From IMG/VR virus record IMGVR_UViG_3300043172_000501, positions 1 to 64,000 of that record: a stretch of DNA of 64,000 nt; one strand, 5' to 3'. Below the pieces are notes generated by a model. The model saw only the letters and a list, made by a program, of their open reading frames with translations, had not been told where the DNA came from and ran no database searches. The first letter of the stretch is position 1, and every line of letters begins with the position of its first letter. This document shows positions 19,272 through 29,310 of the stretch, piece after piece. The DNA is from a virus. The translations under genes and the position numbers were made by a program.

Positions 19272-20700
19272 AATACCCCCTTACAATCTTGAAGCAGAAA
19301 ACGCTATTTTAGGAATTGTTCTTCTGGATAATAGGTCATTACTAGCGATAAAAGGAGAATCAGTTACAGCGGACACTTTCTATGTAGAAGCAAACCGCAG
19401 AATTTTCCAAGCGATGATTGACCTTGATTTAAAAGGTGAACCTATTGATCATTTGACCCTCAGTAATAAATTAGAAGAAAAAGGGGATTTGCAAAACGTT
19501 GGAGGAACCATAGGACTTGGCAAACTCACGAATAATGTAGCAACAGTTAAGAATGTCGCACATTACGCTACCATTGTTAAAAATGCTTCTGCTCGTAGAA
19601 ATATGATTTATACAGCTCAACAAGTTGTAGCTGAAGGATTCGCCAATGACCAAGATACACAAGAGTTTTTATCAAAGTCCAGAAGTGAAGTTACACAAGC
19701 TGCAAACTCACTGATAAATAAATCAGCAGGCCCCAAACTGATAGATGACGACCTCGTAGAAATTTATGAAGAAATAGCAGAGAAGAAAACGCCAGAAGGT
19801 TTAATTAAAACAGGGCTAGGAACTATTGATAATGTGACTGGGGGATTATGGCCTGGCTTGATGTATGTAATTGCAGGAAGACCCGGCATGGGGAAATCCG
19901 CTTTTATTCTTAATATAGGTAACAACGTCGCAATGAGAGGACAGAAAGTATTATACATTACCCTAGAAGATGTCCGAAAATTAGTTGTTTATAGAATGCT
20001 CGCTAGGTACGCAGACATTGATCTTGATAGACTAATGTTGAGGAATGTCAATTCACAAGAAGAGTACACCCGTATTCTTGAAGCCATGAATAAGATGGGG
20101 AATAAAAAACCTTTCTGGGTTGAAGATGCCTCAGCATTAACATCCGAGCAGATTGCCCAGATAGCTGCGAACCATAAAGAGATACACGGACTTGATTTAC
20201 TCATCATTGACCATTTAGGAGAAATCGGTGATAAAGGAGAATCTAAAACAGTAATAACAACAGATGCCGCAAGAAACTTTAGAGACATCGGAAAAGATCT
20301 ACATATACCAGTAATATTAGCCAGTCAGTTAAATAGACAAGTAGAACAGAGGAATGATAAAAGACCGATGTTATCTGACCTTCGCCAATCAGGAGAGATT
20401 GAAGCTTGTGCAAGAGCTGTGTGGTTATTATACCGTGACGGATATTATTTAGGAGAAGCAGGAAACGAACGCAGAGACATGGAAGTAATAATCGCAAAGA
20501 GTAATCATGGGCGGTTAGGAATGGTCAAACATTACGCAAGATTAAAAAATATGTACATCAGAGGATGGGATACACACACTGATGGCTTATGGCCTAATGA
20601 TGAAGATAAAAGTGAAGTGCCAGAATCGAGAAAAGCAAATAAGGGTGAATATTTTAACAGTGGCAAACAGTCACATTGGCAAGATAAAGATAACTACTAG
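19261..20700 (+). CDS. dnaB: replicative DNA helicase
   Basis: PPYNLEAE, AGRPGMGKS, LLIIDHL, SQLNRQVEQR.DKRPMLSDLRQSGEIE. Confidence 0.96.
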   Translation: MDARIPPYNLEAENAILGIVLLDNRSLLAIKGESVTADTFYVEANRRIFQAMIDLDLKGEPIDHLTLSNKLEEKGDLQNVGGTIGLGKLTNNVATVKNVAHYATIVKNASARRNMIYTAQQVVAEGFANDQDTQEFLSKSRSEVTQAANSLINKSAGPKLIDDDLVEIYEEIAEKKTPEGLIKTGLGTIDNVTGGLWPGLMYVIAGRPGMGKSAFILNIGNNVAMRGQKVLYITLEDVRKLVVYRMLARYADIDLDRLMLRNVNSQEEYTRILEAMNKMGNKKPFWVEDASALTSEQIAQIAANHKEIHGLDLLIIDHLGEIGDKGESKTVITTDAARNFRDIGKDLHIPVILASQLNRQVEQRNDKRPMLSDLRQSGEIEACARAVWLLYRDGYYLGEAGNERRDMEVIIAKSNHGRLGMVKHYARLKNMYIRGWDTHTDGLWPNDEDKSEVPESRKANKGEYFNSGKQSHWQDKDNY

Positions 20701-20709
20701 GAGGTAGTA

Positions 20710-21801
20710 ATGAATCAACCAAACTTAGATAAAAAAACCGGCATCCAGACAGACGACGCAAACGTGATTGTATGTCAATGTGGCAGTGTATCTTTTGAAG
20801 TAAAAAAGAGAACAGCGACCGCAGTGTCTTTAACTTGTAGAAAGTGCGAAGCAGATATATCAGTGAAAGGATCTGTAGCTCAGGTTAGAATTAGAAGTAA
20901 TGATATCGCATACGCAATTACAGAAAAAGTAGTTCGTCCAGATCCTGATTATAAAAAAAGTAAAAAGACACCGACAGAAACGTCTAGCCCAGCGACACCT
21001 ACTCTCGCAGACCAAGGATACAGAACTTTAAGGTTTAAGATTAGCAAAGACCAAGATGAGATTGTCCAAAGAGCGATGGAAGTTATGCGTGTAATGCATT
21101 GTCAAGACGAACAGTTTAAAAGCAAACAGTGGCAAGGCTCTTCTTTAGAACTTATTTGTGCAGAATTTTTATCCGGTGCAGATTCTAGGGCATTATCGGT
21201 TGTAACCGCAATGGAAGAAGAAGTTGAAAAAGCTAAAGCTCAACAACTCATAAAAGACAAAACCGTTACACTGACTAAACGAAAAATTAGAAAAGTCAGA
21301 ACAGACACAAGAGAGAGAATGTATAAAGAGTTAGGGCTAGACGAAGAAGTCGAAGCCTATGAGCCACCTGAACTAACCAAAGACGAAAAGAAGTCAGATG
21401 AGTCCTATAAAAAGGCTAAAAAAGATCAAGAAGAAAAAGAAGACGAAGACATTCGCCTCATAGACGATGATCGCCTTTATGATTCTGTGGGTGGATGTTT
21501 AATCGAACACGGCGAAGGAATAAAAGAGCAAACAGGAAAACGTCCAGTTATGTTAATAGGAAGACCTAATGACAAAACACGTTTAGAGCAAAAATTTGAA
21601 AAACATGGCGGAACAATGTATTTACTAACAGGAGATGAGAGAACCAAAAGTAAAATCGGTGACACTCCGTTCATGTACGTATGGTTAGAAAAAGGGTTAG
21701 AAATGCCAGAAATAACAATCGCTTATGATGAATCATTCGTTGAAACACCATTAGGCGACCCACAATTAACAGTCGAGATAATAAGAGGTAAAGTAGCATG
21801 A
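20710..21801 (+). CDS. hypothetical protein with N-terminal zinc ribbon
   Basis: CQCG...CRKC; GGAGG RBS. Confidence 0.7.
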   Translation: MNQPNLDKKTGIQTDDANVIVCQCGSVSFEVKKRTATAVSLTCRKCEADISVKGSVAQVRIRSNDIAYAITEKVVRPDPDYKKSKKTPTETSSPATPTLADQGYRTLRFKISKDQDEIVQRAMEVMRVMHCQDEQFKSKQWQGSSLELICAEFLSGADSRALSVVTAMEEEVEKAKAQQLIKDKTVTLTKRKIRKVRTDTRERMYKELGLDEEVEAYEPPELTKDEKKSDESYKKAKKDQEEKEDEDIRLIDDDRLYDSVGGCLIEHGEGIKEQTGKRPVMLIGRPNDKTRLEQKFEKHGGTMYLLTGDERTKSKIGDTPFMYVWLEKGLEMPEITIAYDESFVETPLGDPQLTVEIIRGKVA

Positions 21802-22202
21802 ATCAAAAAAACACAGAAACAGAAATCAAAGAAGTAGACCCAAACGCAAATAAAAAACCAAAGAGAGGTGGAATAGACTTCCTAAAAGTCATGCTCACTC
21901 AAGTAAAACCAGAACTTGATAAGTTAGAAAATTTAGGAGATGAAGCTATTTCAAAAGATGATTCAGCAAAAGTCGTTTCATACATCAGCACTATCGCCCA
22001 GATAAAGATGCAAGCAGTTGTTTCCGCATCACAAGCTGAAGCACAAGCCATGACAGCCTTAAGACGTATGATAGTCGAAGGGCAGATTGACACAAACAGA
22101 AAAGCTACAAGCTTTGAAAAACCTAATGCTAGTGAAGACGACGCAACAAAGATCAATGATAAACTTAAAGATCTAGCAGATAAAAGCAAAGCACCTCAAT
22201 AA
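21798..22202 (+). CDS. hypothetical protein
   Basis: Coupled ORF (ATGA overlap). Confidence 0.65.
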   Translation: MNQKNTETEIKEVDPNANKKPKRGGIDFLKVMLTQVKPELDKLENLGDEAISKDDSAKVVSYISTIAQIKMQAVVSASQAEAQAMTALRRMIVEGQIDTNRKATSFEKPNASEDDATKINDKLKDLADKSKAPQ

Positions 22203-22265
22203 CGTCAGATTAAAAATAAGAAATTAAACTAAAAACATGTTACAGTTCTACAACGGAGGCAATAG

Positions 22266-23000
22266 ATGGCTAAAAGAAATATCTTAGTGTTTTATTCTAA
22301 TACAAACACTCATGGAAAAAAAGACGCGACTGGTGCGTTTATACCAGAAGCAAAAGCATTTGTTAAGACACACAGTGTACCTGTAGATAATATATTTCCA
22401 ATGAATTTGAATAAAGTGCCAACGAAAGAGCGACGATTAAAAGTTATCAGAGCATTGAATAACTATAAAGGACCAAAGCTCAACGCAATAGCATTCTTCG
22501 GACATGGTTGGCCCAGTGGAATTCAGTTTGGATTTAGAAAACATCAAATATCACTATTAGTGACTAACTTTAAAAATATCTGCAAACCTAGTGTCAATAT
22601 TTTACTGTACGCCTGTTTAGCTGCAGAGAATAAAGTAAAAGATTCTAACATAAAAAACGTAGGACCAGGTACTGATGGCGGATTCGCAGATTTGCTTCGT
22701 GACGAGATGGTACGACAAGGGATGAATCGTGGATGGGTTGATGCTCACAAGACAGCCGGACACACTACTTGGAATCCATTCGTCGTAAGATTCTACTGCA
22801 AGAACGTAGATGATCCTAAAGTAGGGGCTGTAGGAGGCTCTTGGTTAGTACAACCACGCTCACAGTTTTGGAAACTTTGGATAATAGAACTGAGAAATAA
22901 AAAAAGAGGTATGAGGTATTTATTTCCATTCATGGAAGAGTTAGAGCTAAAAGCAAAACTCGCAGGGAAAAAAATAATACACTACGATTTCACCAAGTAA
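22266..23000 (+). CDS. DUF4347/caspase-fold-like putative Cys peptidase
   Basis: AFFGHGW and ILLYAC, a His-Gly/Cys dyad each following a hydrophobic strand. Confidence 0.45.
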   Translation: MAKRNILVFYSNTNTHGKKDATGAFIPEAKAFVKTHSVPVDNIFPMNLNKVPTKERRLKVIRALNNYKGPKLNAIAFFGHGWPSGIQFGFRKHQISLLVTNFKNICKPSVNILLYACLAAENKVKDSNIKNVGPGTDGGFADLLRDEMVRQGMNRGWVDAHKTAGHTTWNPFVVRFYCKNVDDPKVGAVGGSWLVQPRSQFWKLWIIELRNKKRGMRYLFPFMEELELKAKLAGKKIIHYDFTK

Positions 23001-23017
23001 TTTTTAAAAGGATAACT

Positions 23018-23827
23018 ATGATAAAAAGACCACTACTAATATTAGCTTGTTGTGTATTAGCAACAGTTGCAACTTACATTATAAAATCATGCTCTGGCAC
23101 TCCGGTCGAAGCAAAAGAATTTAAAAACGTTGAAGTTCCCGTTGTTGACAAGTTTGAGTTACAATCGAATCCACATGGTATTGATTTTGAATCAATATGC
23201 AAAGATGTAATGAGTCACAGGCTATCAGAAGCTGACATTCCGGAGGCAGAAATCTCCCGTGAAGAAATGATTAGTGACATAACGACCATTTGGGAAATCT
23301 TTTTCAAAGATAACGGAACAGGCCCAGGTGACATTCGTAGAAAGTATTTTGAACAGAACGCCGGCTTCCTCGCTGATGCAATTCTAATGTATCAAAACGA
23401 ACCAACAGACATCGGTGGGAAATTACCTATCCATTATAGTACACACTATTTATTAGCCACGGCTATCACATTAGAAAGTTCAGTAGATAAAGAAGTTAGC
23501 GAAGGTGACTTAGGGGAAATAGGAATGCTACAAGTTCACGGCAAAGCTCTTGCCGGCTATGACCCAGAAGTAGTAAAGAGAAACACACGTCTAGGCATTC
23601 TACTCGGAGTAAGATGGTTAGCAGCACATGTTCCTAAATGCTATCCAGAAGGTTACGATGAATGGAATAGTCACATGTGGCTAGGTCCGATGTCTTTATA
23701 TGCTGCAGGAGACAAAGGTTATAGAAAAGACGGCAAATGCAAAAAAATAGACGCTGCAAGAAAAAGAGTTGATCTCTTTAGAATGTACAGACCTCGTGCA
23801 TTATACCTACAAGAAAGTGAAGAGTAA
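23018..23827 (+). CDS. lytic transglycosylase / lysozyme-like protein with N-terminal signal anchor (candidate endolysin)
   Basis: TAITLESS (catalytic Glu), GDLGEIGMLQVH, SLY motif; hydrophobic N-terminus. Confidence 0.7.
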   Translation: MIKRPLLILACCVLATVATYIIKSCSGTPVEAKEFKNVEVPVVDKFELQSNPHGIDFESICKDVMSHRLSEADIPEAEISREEMISDITTIWEIFFKDNGTGPGDIRRKYFEQNAGFLADAILMYQNEPTDIGGKLPIHYSTHYLLATAITLESSVDKEVSEGDLGEIGMLQVHGKALAGYDPEVVKRNTRLGILLGVRWLAAHVPKCYPEGYDEWNSHMWLGPMSLYAAGDKGYRKDGKCKKIDAARKRVDLFRMYRPRALYLQESEE

Positions 23828-24156
23828 TGGATTTACTTGAAACAGTTTGTGGCTTATTAAAATACGCAGATCCTGAACTTGATACTTACGGGAGACTAAT
23901 AAAGTATAAGGACCAGATTGAACGTAATGTTATGATCGGCCCCAAAGCAAGAGGTTACATCAATAACTTAGTCCAGATAAAAAATGATAATGTAGAATGT
24001 AGATTATTAAAAGAGAACGGGATATGCATTTTTAGAAAAAAGAAATGTGACTATCTACAAACTGAAGAAAATAAAATAAAGCGATTTAATCAATGCTCTG
24101 ATTATCAAGAAGTAAAAGGTCGCACAACCAGACCGTTAGGTCCAACTGGAGGATAA
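23827..24156 (+). CDS. hypothetical Cys-containing protein
   Basis: Coupled ORF. Confidence 0.55.
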   Translation: MDLLETVCGLLKYADPELDTYGRLIKYKDQIERNVMIGPKARGYINNLVQIKNDNVECRLLKENGICIFRKKKCDYLQTEENKIKRFNQCSDYQEVKGRTTRPLGPTGG

Positions 24157-24519
24157 ATGACAATGGAACACAGGCATGAAAAAGCAAAAGCAATGATTAT
24201 GCGTAGGGCCAGTAAGATGAATGAGAGAACCACAGGAGCTGGCACCTCTAAAGAGTTATCTGTAGACTTAGAAGTCACAGTGGCTGAACTGCATCGCAAC
24301 AAACGATGGAGACGCCAATTACGCAAGAAGCTTGAAAAGACCGGGATAAAAGTAGAAGCTATAAATATTCTAGTTAATCCAGAAGACGGACATCATGTGG
24401 TAGTGGTTATTTCTCCAAAGGTAGATGAGTTTCAAAAAAGAAAACCAGTCACCAGAGGCAGTAAAGAAATAAACGGACCCAAAAAAGCCCGTACGATCAA
24501 AACCGTTCTGAGGACATAG
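24157..24519 (+). CDS. hypothetical basic protein
   Basis: GGAGG RBS. Confidence 0.6.
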   Translation: MTMEHRHEKAKAMIMRRASKMNERTTGAGTSKELSVDLEVTVAELHRNKRWRRQLRKKLEKTGIKVEAINILVNPEDGHHVVVVISPKVDEFQKRKPVTRGSKEINGPKKARTIKTVLRT

Positions 24520-24523
24520 TCCT

Positions 24524-24925
24524 ATGAAAGGTTATGAACGTATATTAGGCAGTATAGATTGTCCGTACAATTTCAATCTAAAGTTGAAAGGCGGGGAAAC
24601 TTATGAAGGCAAACCGCCATACCCAAAGTTAAAGGTAATAAATTCTGAACAAACATTTGTCAGAGAAATAAAATGGCAACGGATATTAGTCAGAGCGTCA
24701 AACCATGAGTCAGAACATACTGAAGATGTCCAGATAATGAGATTAGTTGCGATACTTGAAGATAACACAGAGATGGAATTGAGTAGAGTGGCAGTGCAAG
24801 CAGAAATGCTAGAAAATAAAACTGCTGATTTATCCAAATGCGAATCTTGTGGAAAAAATATTCCTGTTGGGGCAGCAACGTTATATGAAGGGAAAGCTTA
24901 TCACACTGGGCGATGTATCAGATGA
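24524..24925 (+). CDS. hypothetical protein with C-terminal zinc finger
   Basis: CESC...H..C. Confidence 0.6.
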   Translation: MKGYERILGSIDCPYNFNLKLKGGETYEGKPPYPKLKVINSEQTFVREIKWQRILVRASNHESEHTEDVQIMRLVAILEDNTEMELSRVAVQAEMLENKTADLSKCESCGKNIPVGAATLYEGKAYHTGRCIR

Positions 24926-25046
24926 TACCACTAGGAGTCTCAGTTTTAATTCTAATCTGCATACTCATAATACGAATGTCAGTTAGAGTTCTGCCAGAAG
25001 AAAAAGAAAAAGATTATTATTTTGATAAAAATATAAAGAGGTAAAG

Positions 25047-25523
25047 ATGTCATTAAAAGCAGATATGATTAAGGCGATTCAAGAGGTCGCCGACGCAAAT
25101 CCAGATCCAAACTATAAAGTAGGATTCGGAACACCAGGTGGATATGTTAAAACTTCACTAGGAGAAACAGAGGCCACAGGTCAGGCTTGGAAAGAGCCAG
25201 GAACATGGCCCATCGCTATAGAAGGAATAGCTGGAGCCACAGAAAAGGCATCAGCACCAAAATTAGCAGAAGTTGATGATAACTATATTTTAAATATTGA
25301 AGCTAATGTTATTTTAGTACAACAATCAGGAACACCTCCCGCAATAGTCATAACAGCTCCTACAGCATCAGAAGGTTTAATTGGGGAATACATCATCAAA
25401 GGCAAATCAAATCTAAACGCAACCGTATTCGGAACCATAGACGGGTCAGTTAAATCAATACCACTAACACCATGGCTTTGCGTGAGATTATTTTGTACAG
25501 GAAGTGAGTGGTTACAATGTTAA
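25047..25523 (+). CDS. hypothetical, possibly virion-associated protein
   Basis: GAGGT RBS; C-terminal beta-rich domain ending in CTGSEW. Confidence 0.6.
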   Translation: MSLKADMIKAIQEVADANPDPNYKVGFGTPGGYVKTSLGETEATGQAWKEPGTWPIAIEGIAGATEKASAPKLAEVDDNYILNIEANVILVQQSGTPPAIVITAPTASEGLIGEYIIKGKSNLNATVFGTIDGSVKSIPLTPWLCVRLFCTGSEWLQC

Positions 25524-26128
25524 GGCAAAGAGTAGAAGTATTTCGTTCAAAAGAATTTATGGCTTTCTGTCATCGTGAGATGAATGACGCCTTATGTTGT
25601 GCGTGTCAAGAACAGTACTGGGAAGAGCTGCATCACTTCGGTGGGCAAGGGGCAATGAGCAGAAAACCGTCTGACTTAGAAGTGGCAAGGATGTGCAAGA
25701 AGTGCCACATGAAAAACGACTTCAAAAGATTATCACTAATTAAACAAAACAAACTTGATTTATTATTAACTTTTCAAGATGACGCAATGGAATTACACGA
25801 AGCCTGGTTTCGCCACCTAGAAGGTAATTCAAAAATGCCAACAAGATGCAGAGGTTGCGAACACTGTAAAAATAACTGCTGCAAAGCAAAACTCAAACAT
25901 GAAGAGCCAGATGCTGATTGTGCACTAGATGATATGTGGGAATTGATAGGACAGACTGAAACTGCAAAGATGCCAGAAGCATTAGTGCAATGGTCGAATA
26001 AACGCAGTGCTAATGTTATTAAGATTCTAGCAGAACCAATGCAAGAGATTCTTGAGTCAGACTCTCTTGAGAGTATAAAATTTATCGCAAACCAAGCCTT
26101 GAAAGCTTCAGGGCTAGACAACGAGTAA
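25517..26128 (+). CDS. DUF968/HNH-like zinc-finger nuclease-fold protein
   Basis: CCAC..ELHH.G..G.MSRKPSD..ARMCKKCH. Confidence 0.6.
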   Translation: MLRQRVEVFRSKEFMAFCHREMNDALCCACQEQYWEELHHFGGQGAMSRKPSDLEVARMCKKCHMKNDFKRLSLIKQNKLDLLLTFQDDAMELHEAWFRHLEGNSKMPTRCRGCEHCKNNCCKAKLKHEEPDADCALDDMWELIGQTETAKMPEALVQWSNKRSANVIKILAEPMQEILESDSLESIKFIANQALKASGLDNE

Positions 26129-26141
26129 AGAGGAGATAACT

Positions 26142-26468
26142 ATGACAGAAGAAGAAAAAGTTAAAAAAATACACAAAGTTAAACAATTTGAAAAACACGT
26201 TTTCAATAGCAAGAAATCGGTTCTCGTTTTTATTGTAGAGATAATGCTATTCGTTCTAGCGTTGATGGCTCTACGCTGGCAACCAGAACTAGGCTGGCCC
26301 TTAGCAGCATTCATGGTTTCAGTTGTATTCGCAATGGGATTTATTCTATTGACTTACATAGGGAAACAGTCCTTGCTTGACGCATGGACGAGGGGGATAG
26401 CACTAGGCGGGAAAGCTCCAGGTATCATGAAAACAATTTCAGACAAATTAGGCATCGGAGACGAGTAA
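26142..26468 (+). CDS. putative holin (2 TM)
   Basis: Two hydrophobic helices with charged termini; precedes a spanin-like pair. Confidence 0.5.
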   Translation: MTEEEKVKKIHKVKQFEKHVFNSKKSVLVFIVEIMLFVLALMALRWQPELGWPLAAFMVSVVFAMGFILLTYIGKQSLLDAWTRGIALGGKAPGIMKTISDKLGIGDE

Positions 26469-26469
26469 T

Positions 26470-26898
26470 ATGATTACGATATTTACTCTTTTAGCAAAGA
26501 TAAAAAATAAAATAAGTTCAGGAGATTTCTGGATACAAGTCGCAACCATTATTGTAATAGGACTGTTTCTATTAGCAATAGTGGGATTAACATTAAGAGG
26601 ATGTCAAGGAGATTCTGAAGATGATCGTTTTGAGCAAATTCAATCCCTACATAAAGAGCATCTTAAGATGGTCAATAATCAGATAGTAGAAATAGAAAGA
26701 CGACAGGCTATCCGTGATAAACAGTTTGACTTATTAAGAGATGCCTATTTAAAGCTGGATGAAGAAATTCACCAGTCAGTTGAAGAACGAGAGGAGACGT
26801 ACCATGAATTGGAAAACGCTTTATCTATTGATGATGTTGACCGCATTCTCAAATCAGGCATATCCGGCAGATCTGGAAGGCCCAATAAACGCCAATGA
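26470..26898 (+). CDS. spanin-like membrane/lipoprotein with coiled coil
   Basis: N-terminal TM ending LTLRGC, then a coiled coil. Confidence 0.45.
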   Translation: MITIFTLLAKIKNKISSGDFWIQVATIIVIGLFLLAIVGLTLRGCQGDSEDDRFEQIQSLHKEHLKMVNNQIVEIERRQAIRDKQFDLLRDAYLKLDEEIHQSVEEREETYHELENALSIDDVDRILKSGISGRSGRPNKRQ

Positions 26899-27346
26899 AA
26901 TAAGACCAGAACTGCGAGAGATACCAGAAGGAATAGTATTAAGAAGTAAAACGCCGAGAGGGTATCAAGTAGTGTTTAAACCTAAAGAAGAGTATAAATG
27001 TTTTACTACTTTAGAATGGAACAGCATGGGCTTTGTAATCACTGATTACAGATGGTTTTTTAATTACTCTTTAAAGTTAGAAGCCAAATTAGAAGTTAGA
27101 CAGAAACAGATCACTAATAGGCAAGAACAGATTGTAGATTTCAAAAAACAAATAACTTTACTGACAGACAGTCAAAAGTTTCTACAGCAAATGTTAAACG
27201 CAGAACATAAAATGTTAGTGCAAGAAAAAGAAAAACAAGCAAAAAATAACCGCAGAACAAAATTCACAAACGGACTACACTGGGGAGTACACGGACTACA
27301 ACTCGTAATCAATAGCGTATTGACAATCATCCTAGCAACAAAGTGA
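26804..27346 (+). CDS. spanin-like partner: signal peptide, coiled coil, C-terminal hydrophobic anchor
   Basis: GAGGAG RBS and ATG 26804 inside the upstream gene (95-nt overlap). Confidence 0.45.
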   Translation: MNWKTLYLLMMLTAFSNQAYPADLEGPINANEIRPELREIPEGIVLRSKTPRGYQVVFKPKEEYKCFTTLEWNSMGFVITDYRWFFNYSLKLEAKLEVRQKQITNRQEQIVDFKKQITLLTDSQKFLQQMLNAEHKMLVQEKEKQAKNNRRTKFTNGLHWGVHGLQLVINSVLTIILATK

Positions 27347-27801
27347 GAAACGACATGAACCAAGTATGTAGAGAGATAGACAGCGTCCTAAGCCAAGAAA
27401 GTATTAAAACTATCACAAATAAAATAGGGGTAGGTACCAGCGAGATATTCTTGAAAATAGGATGGCATAAAAGCAAAGCAGTATTTATTGATATAACACT
27501 AGCAGACGGAGCAACAAAAAAGCACGACAGTAATGAAACACTAAAAGAAGGTGAAGTTTTTTCAAGCCAGGTGAAATTCGCAAGGGCATCAATAGAAGTT
27601 ATTTGTCGGCAAGCATCACTACTTCTACAAAACAACGTTAGCACTTTAGAACAGATAGCAACAGTGTGGGCAGGAACCTCCATATATCACGGTGGAATGA
27701 GTCCTCAACTTGAATGTGTATGTTCTAGTCCCTTAGACGCTGCATCAAGAATGATAAAAAATAGTCTTACAGAATGGGAAGAAAGATTTAAAATTGGATG
27801 A
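27343..27801 (+). CDS. stand-alone TSCPD-like domain (class II RNR C-terminal / NrdJb-like)
   Basis: TITNKI..G..EIFL, ICRQASLLLQ..V.LEQI, CSSPLDAASRMI. Confidence 0.6.
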   Translation: MRNDMNQVCREIDSVLSQESIKTITNKIGVGTSEIFLKIGWHKSKAVFIDITLADGATKKHDSNETLKEGEVFSSQVKFARASIEVICRQASLLLQNNVSTLEQIATVWAGTSIYHGGMSPQLECVCSSPLDAASRMIKNSLTEWEERFKIG

Positions 27802-28015
27802 GGATAAAATTGAAGAAGTAATTGATGAATGTTTAACAACATTAGAAGAACACCCCGAAAGGTTTACGAAATTTGAAATAGATTTTTTAGAAAGTGTTGA
27901 AGATAAAAACGAGACAGGACACTTGACAGAAGTGGCAGTCGGAAGAGGCGTAAGTCAACTTGATAAGTTATTAGAAATTCACCAGGAGAGAGTTACTGAA
28001 TGGAATACGAAATAG
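27794..28015 (+). CDS. hypothetical protein
   Basis: FE.DFLESV...LT...QLDKL.EI pattern seen in small phage proteins. Confidence 0.55.
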   Translation: MDEDKIEEVIDECLTTLEEHPERFTKFEIDFLESVEDKNETGHLTEVAVGRGVSQLDKLLEIHQERVTEWNTK

Positions 28016-28470
28016 AACCAGAACAGATAGTGCCAGCTTTATCAAACACAGTGGCAGGATTACCGACTGATGCAATTCTCGTATGTGAAGGCGTAAGAAT
28101 AGCCAAGAGAGTAAAAGGTAAAACAATAGACGTGGCTTGTGATCATCCAGTACACGGATGCCATCCAAAAAATAAAGATATGTACGATAAATTAAATGAA
28201 AAATATTTTAAAATACTCGCACCTTATTTAGTAACAGATGAAAAGAAATGCCCTAAATGTAAAGGCGAGAAGTGGCTGTTCATCCAGTCAGATGAAGCTC
28301 GAAAATTGATAACAATGGTCAAAGCGTTCAATATGTTTAAAGGGGTTATAATTAAATCGCAACAAAAGTTGAACATAGACGAAGTACGTGGTACAGTTAC
28401 ACCGTTCCTGAATGGAACCTCTGCCAGTTCTCCTGGGGGCGCCCAGGAGGACACTTTAAAAGCAGAATAA
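28000..28470 (+). CDS. hypothetical protein
   Basis: CPKCKG zinc knuckle; GGAG RBS. Confidence 0.6.
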   Translation: MEYEIEPEQIVPALSNTVAGLPTDAILVCEGVRIAKRVKGKTIDVACDHPVHGCHPKNKDMYDKLNEKYFKILAPYLVTDEKKCPKCKGEKWLFIQSDEARKLITMVKAFNMFKGVIIKSQQKLNIDEVRGTVTPFLNGTSASSPGGAQEDTLKAE

Positions 28471-28516
28471 TTCCATCAGGTAGAAAACAAACAGGTAAAG
28501 ACAGAGGGAGTAATCA

Positions 28517-28825
28517 ATGGAACAAAATCAAACAAAAATTGAAGTGTATTGTAATGTCGAGAATAAAATCGTAGGACACATCGACACGAGCCAGATGTCT
28601 GGGAAACAAGTTTTAGACAGAAATACAATTATGATGAGCTTCACGCCAATCAGTGAAGCCTACCAACTATCAGCCATAAAAGATAATGAGTATCTTAAGT
28701 GTGGTAACTGTTACGGCACTATGGCGTTACGAGGGAAAGTTAGAACCGACGAAAGTAAAGAGAGTTTTGAGACATCTGGAATAGCTATCATTATTGGCAG
28801 AACAAAATTAGAGGTACCAAGATGA
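28517..28825 (+). CDS. hypothetical zinc-ribbon protein
   Basis: GGGAG RBS; CGNC; coupled to queD. Confidence 0.6.
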   Translation: MEQNQTKIEVYCNVENKIVGHIDTSQMSGKQVLDRNTIMMSFTPISEAYQLSAIKDNEYLKCGNCYGTMALRGKVRTDESKESFETSGIAIIIGRTKLEVPR

Positions 28826-29310
28826 TAAGCATAAAAAAAGAATTTAAATTTGAAGCTGCTCACCGTCTACCATTACACGGAGGAGCATGTGCTAATATCC
28901 ACGGACATAGTTATAAATTAGTAGTCGAAGTATCAGGAGAACCAGAAAAAGTAGGCCCAGCAACTGATATGGTTACAGACTTCGGAACACTAACCAACGT
29001 TGTGCATGATATAATAAACGAAGGGATGATTCAAGGCAGACAAACCGTACCACTTGACCACTCCATAATGCTATGGAAAGATGATCCTTTGCTGGAAGTT
29101 TTAAAAACAGCGATAGAAAAAAAAGATATACCAGGGCAAAGATTAGCTATATTCACAAATCAACCAACAGCAGAGTATATGGCAGAAATGTTAGCTAACT
29201 TCATTCAGTCAGGACTAGAAGAGGCAACACCTCAAGATATTAAAGTGACAAGAGTTGAAGTATGGGAAACGGCTAAATCATACGCCATCTGGGAATCAGA
29301 TTATGAGTAA
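28822..29310 (+). CDS. queD: 6-carboxy-5,6,7,8-tetrahydropterin synthase
   Basis: FEAAHRL..H.G.CANIHGHSY, DFG, LDH, PTAE, VWET. Confidence 0.95.
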   Translation: MISIKKEFKFEAAHRLPLHGGACANIHGHSYKLVVEVSGEPEKVGPATDMVTDFGTLTNVVHDIINEGMIQGRQTVPLDHSIMLWKDDPLLEVLKTAIEKKDIPGQRLAIFTNQPTAEYMAEMLANFIQSGLEEATPQDIKVTRVEVWETAKSYAIWESDYE

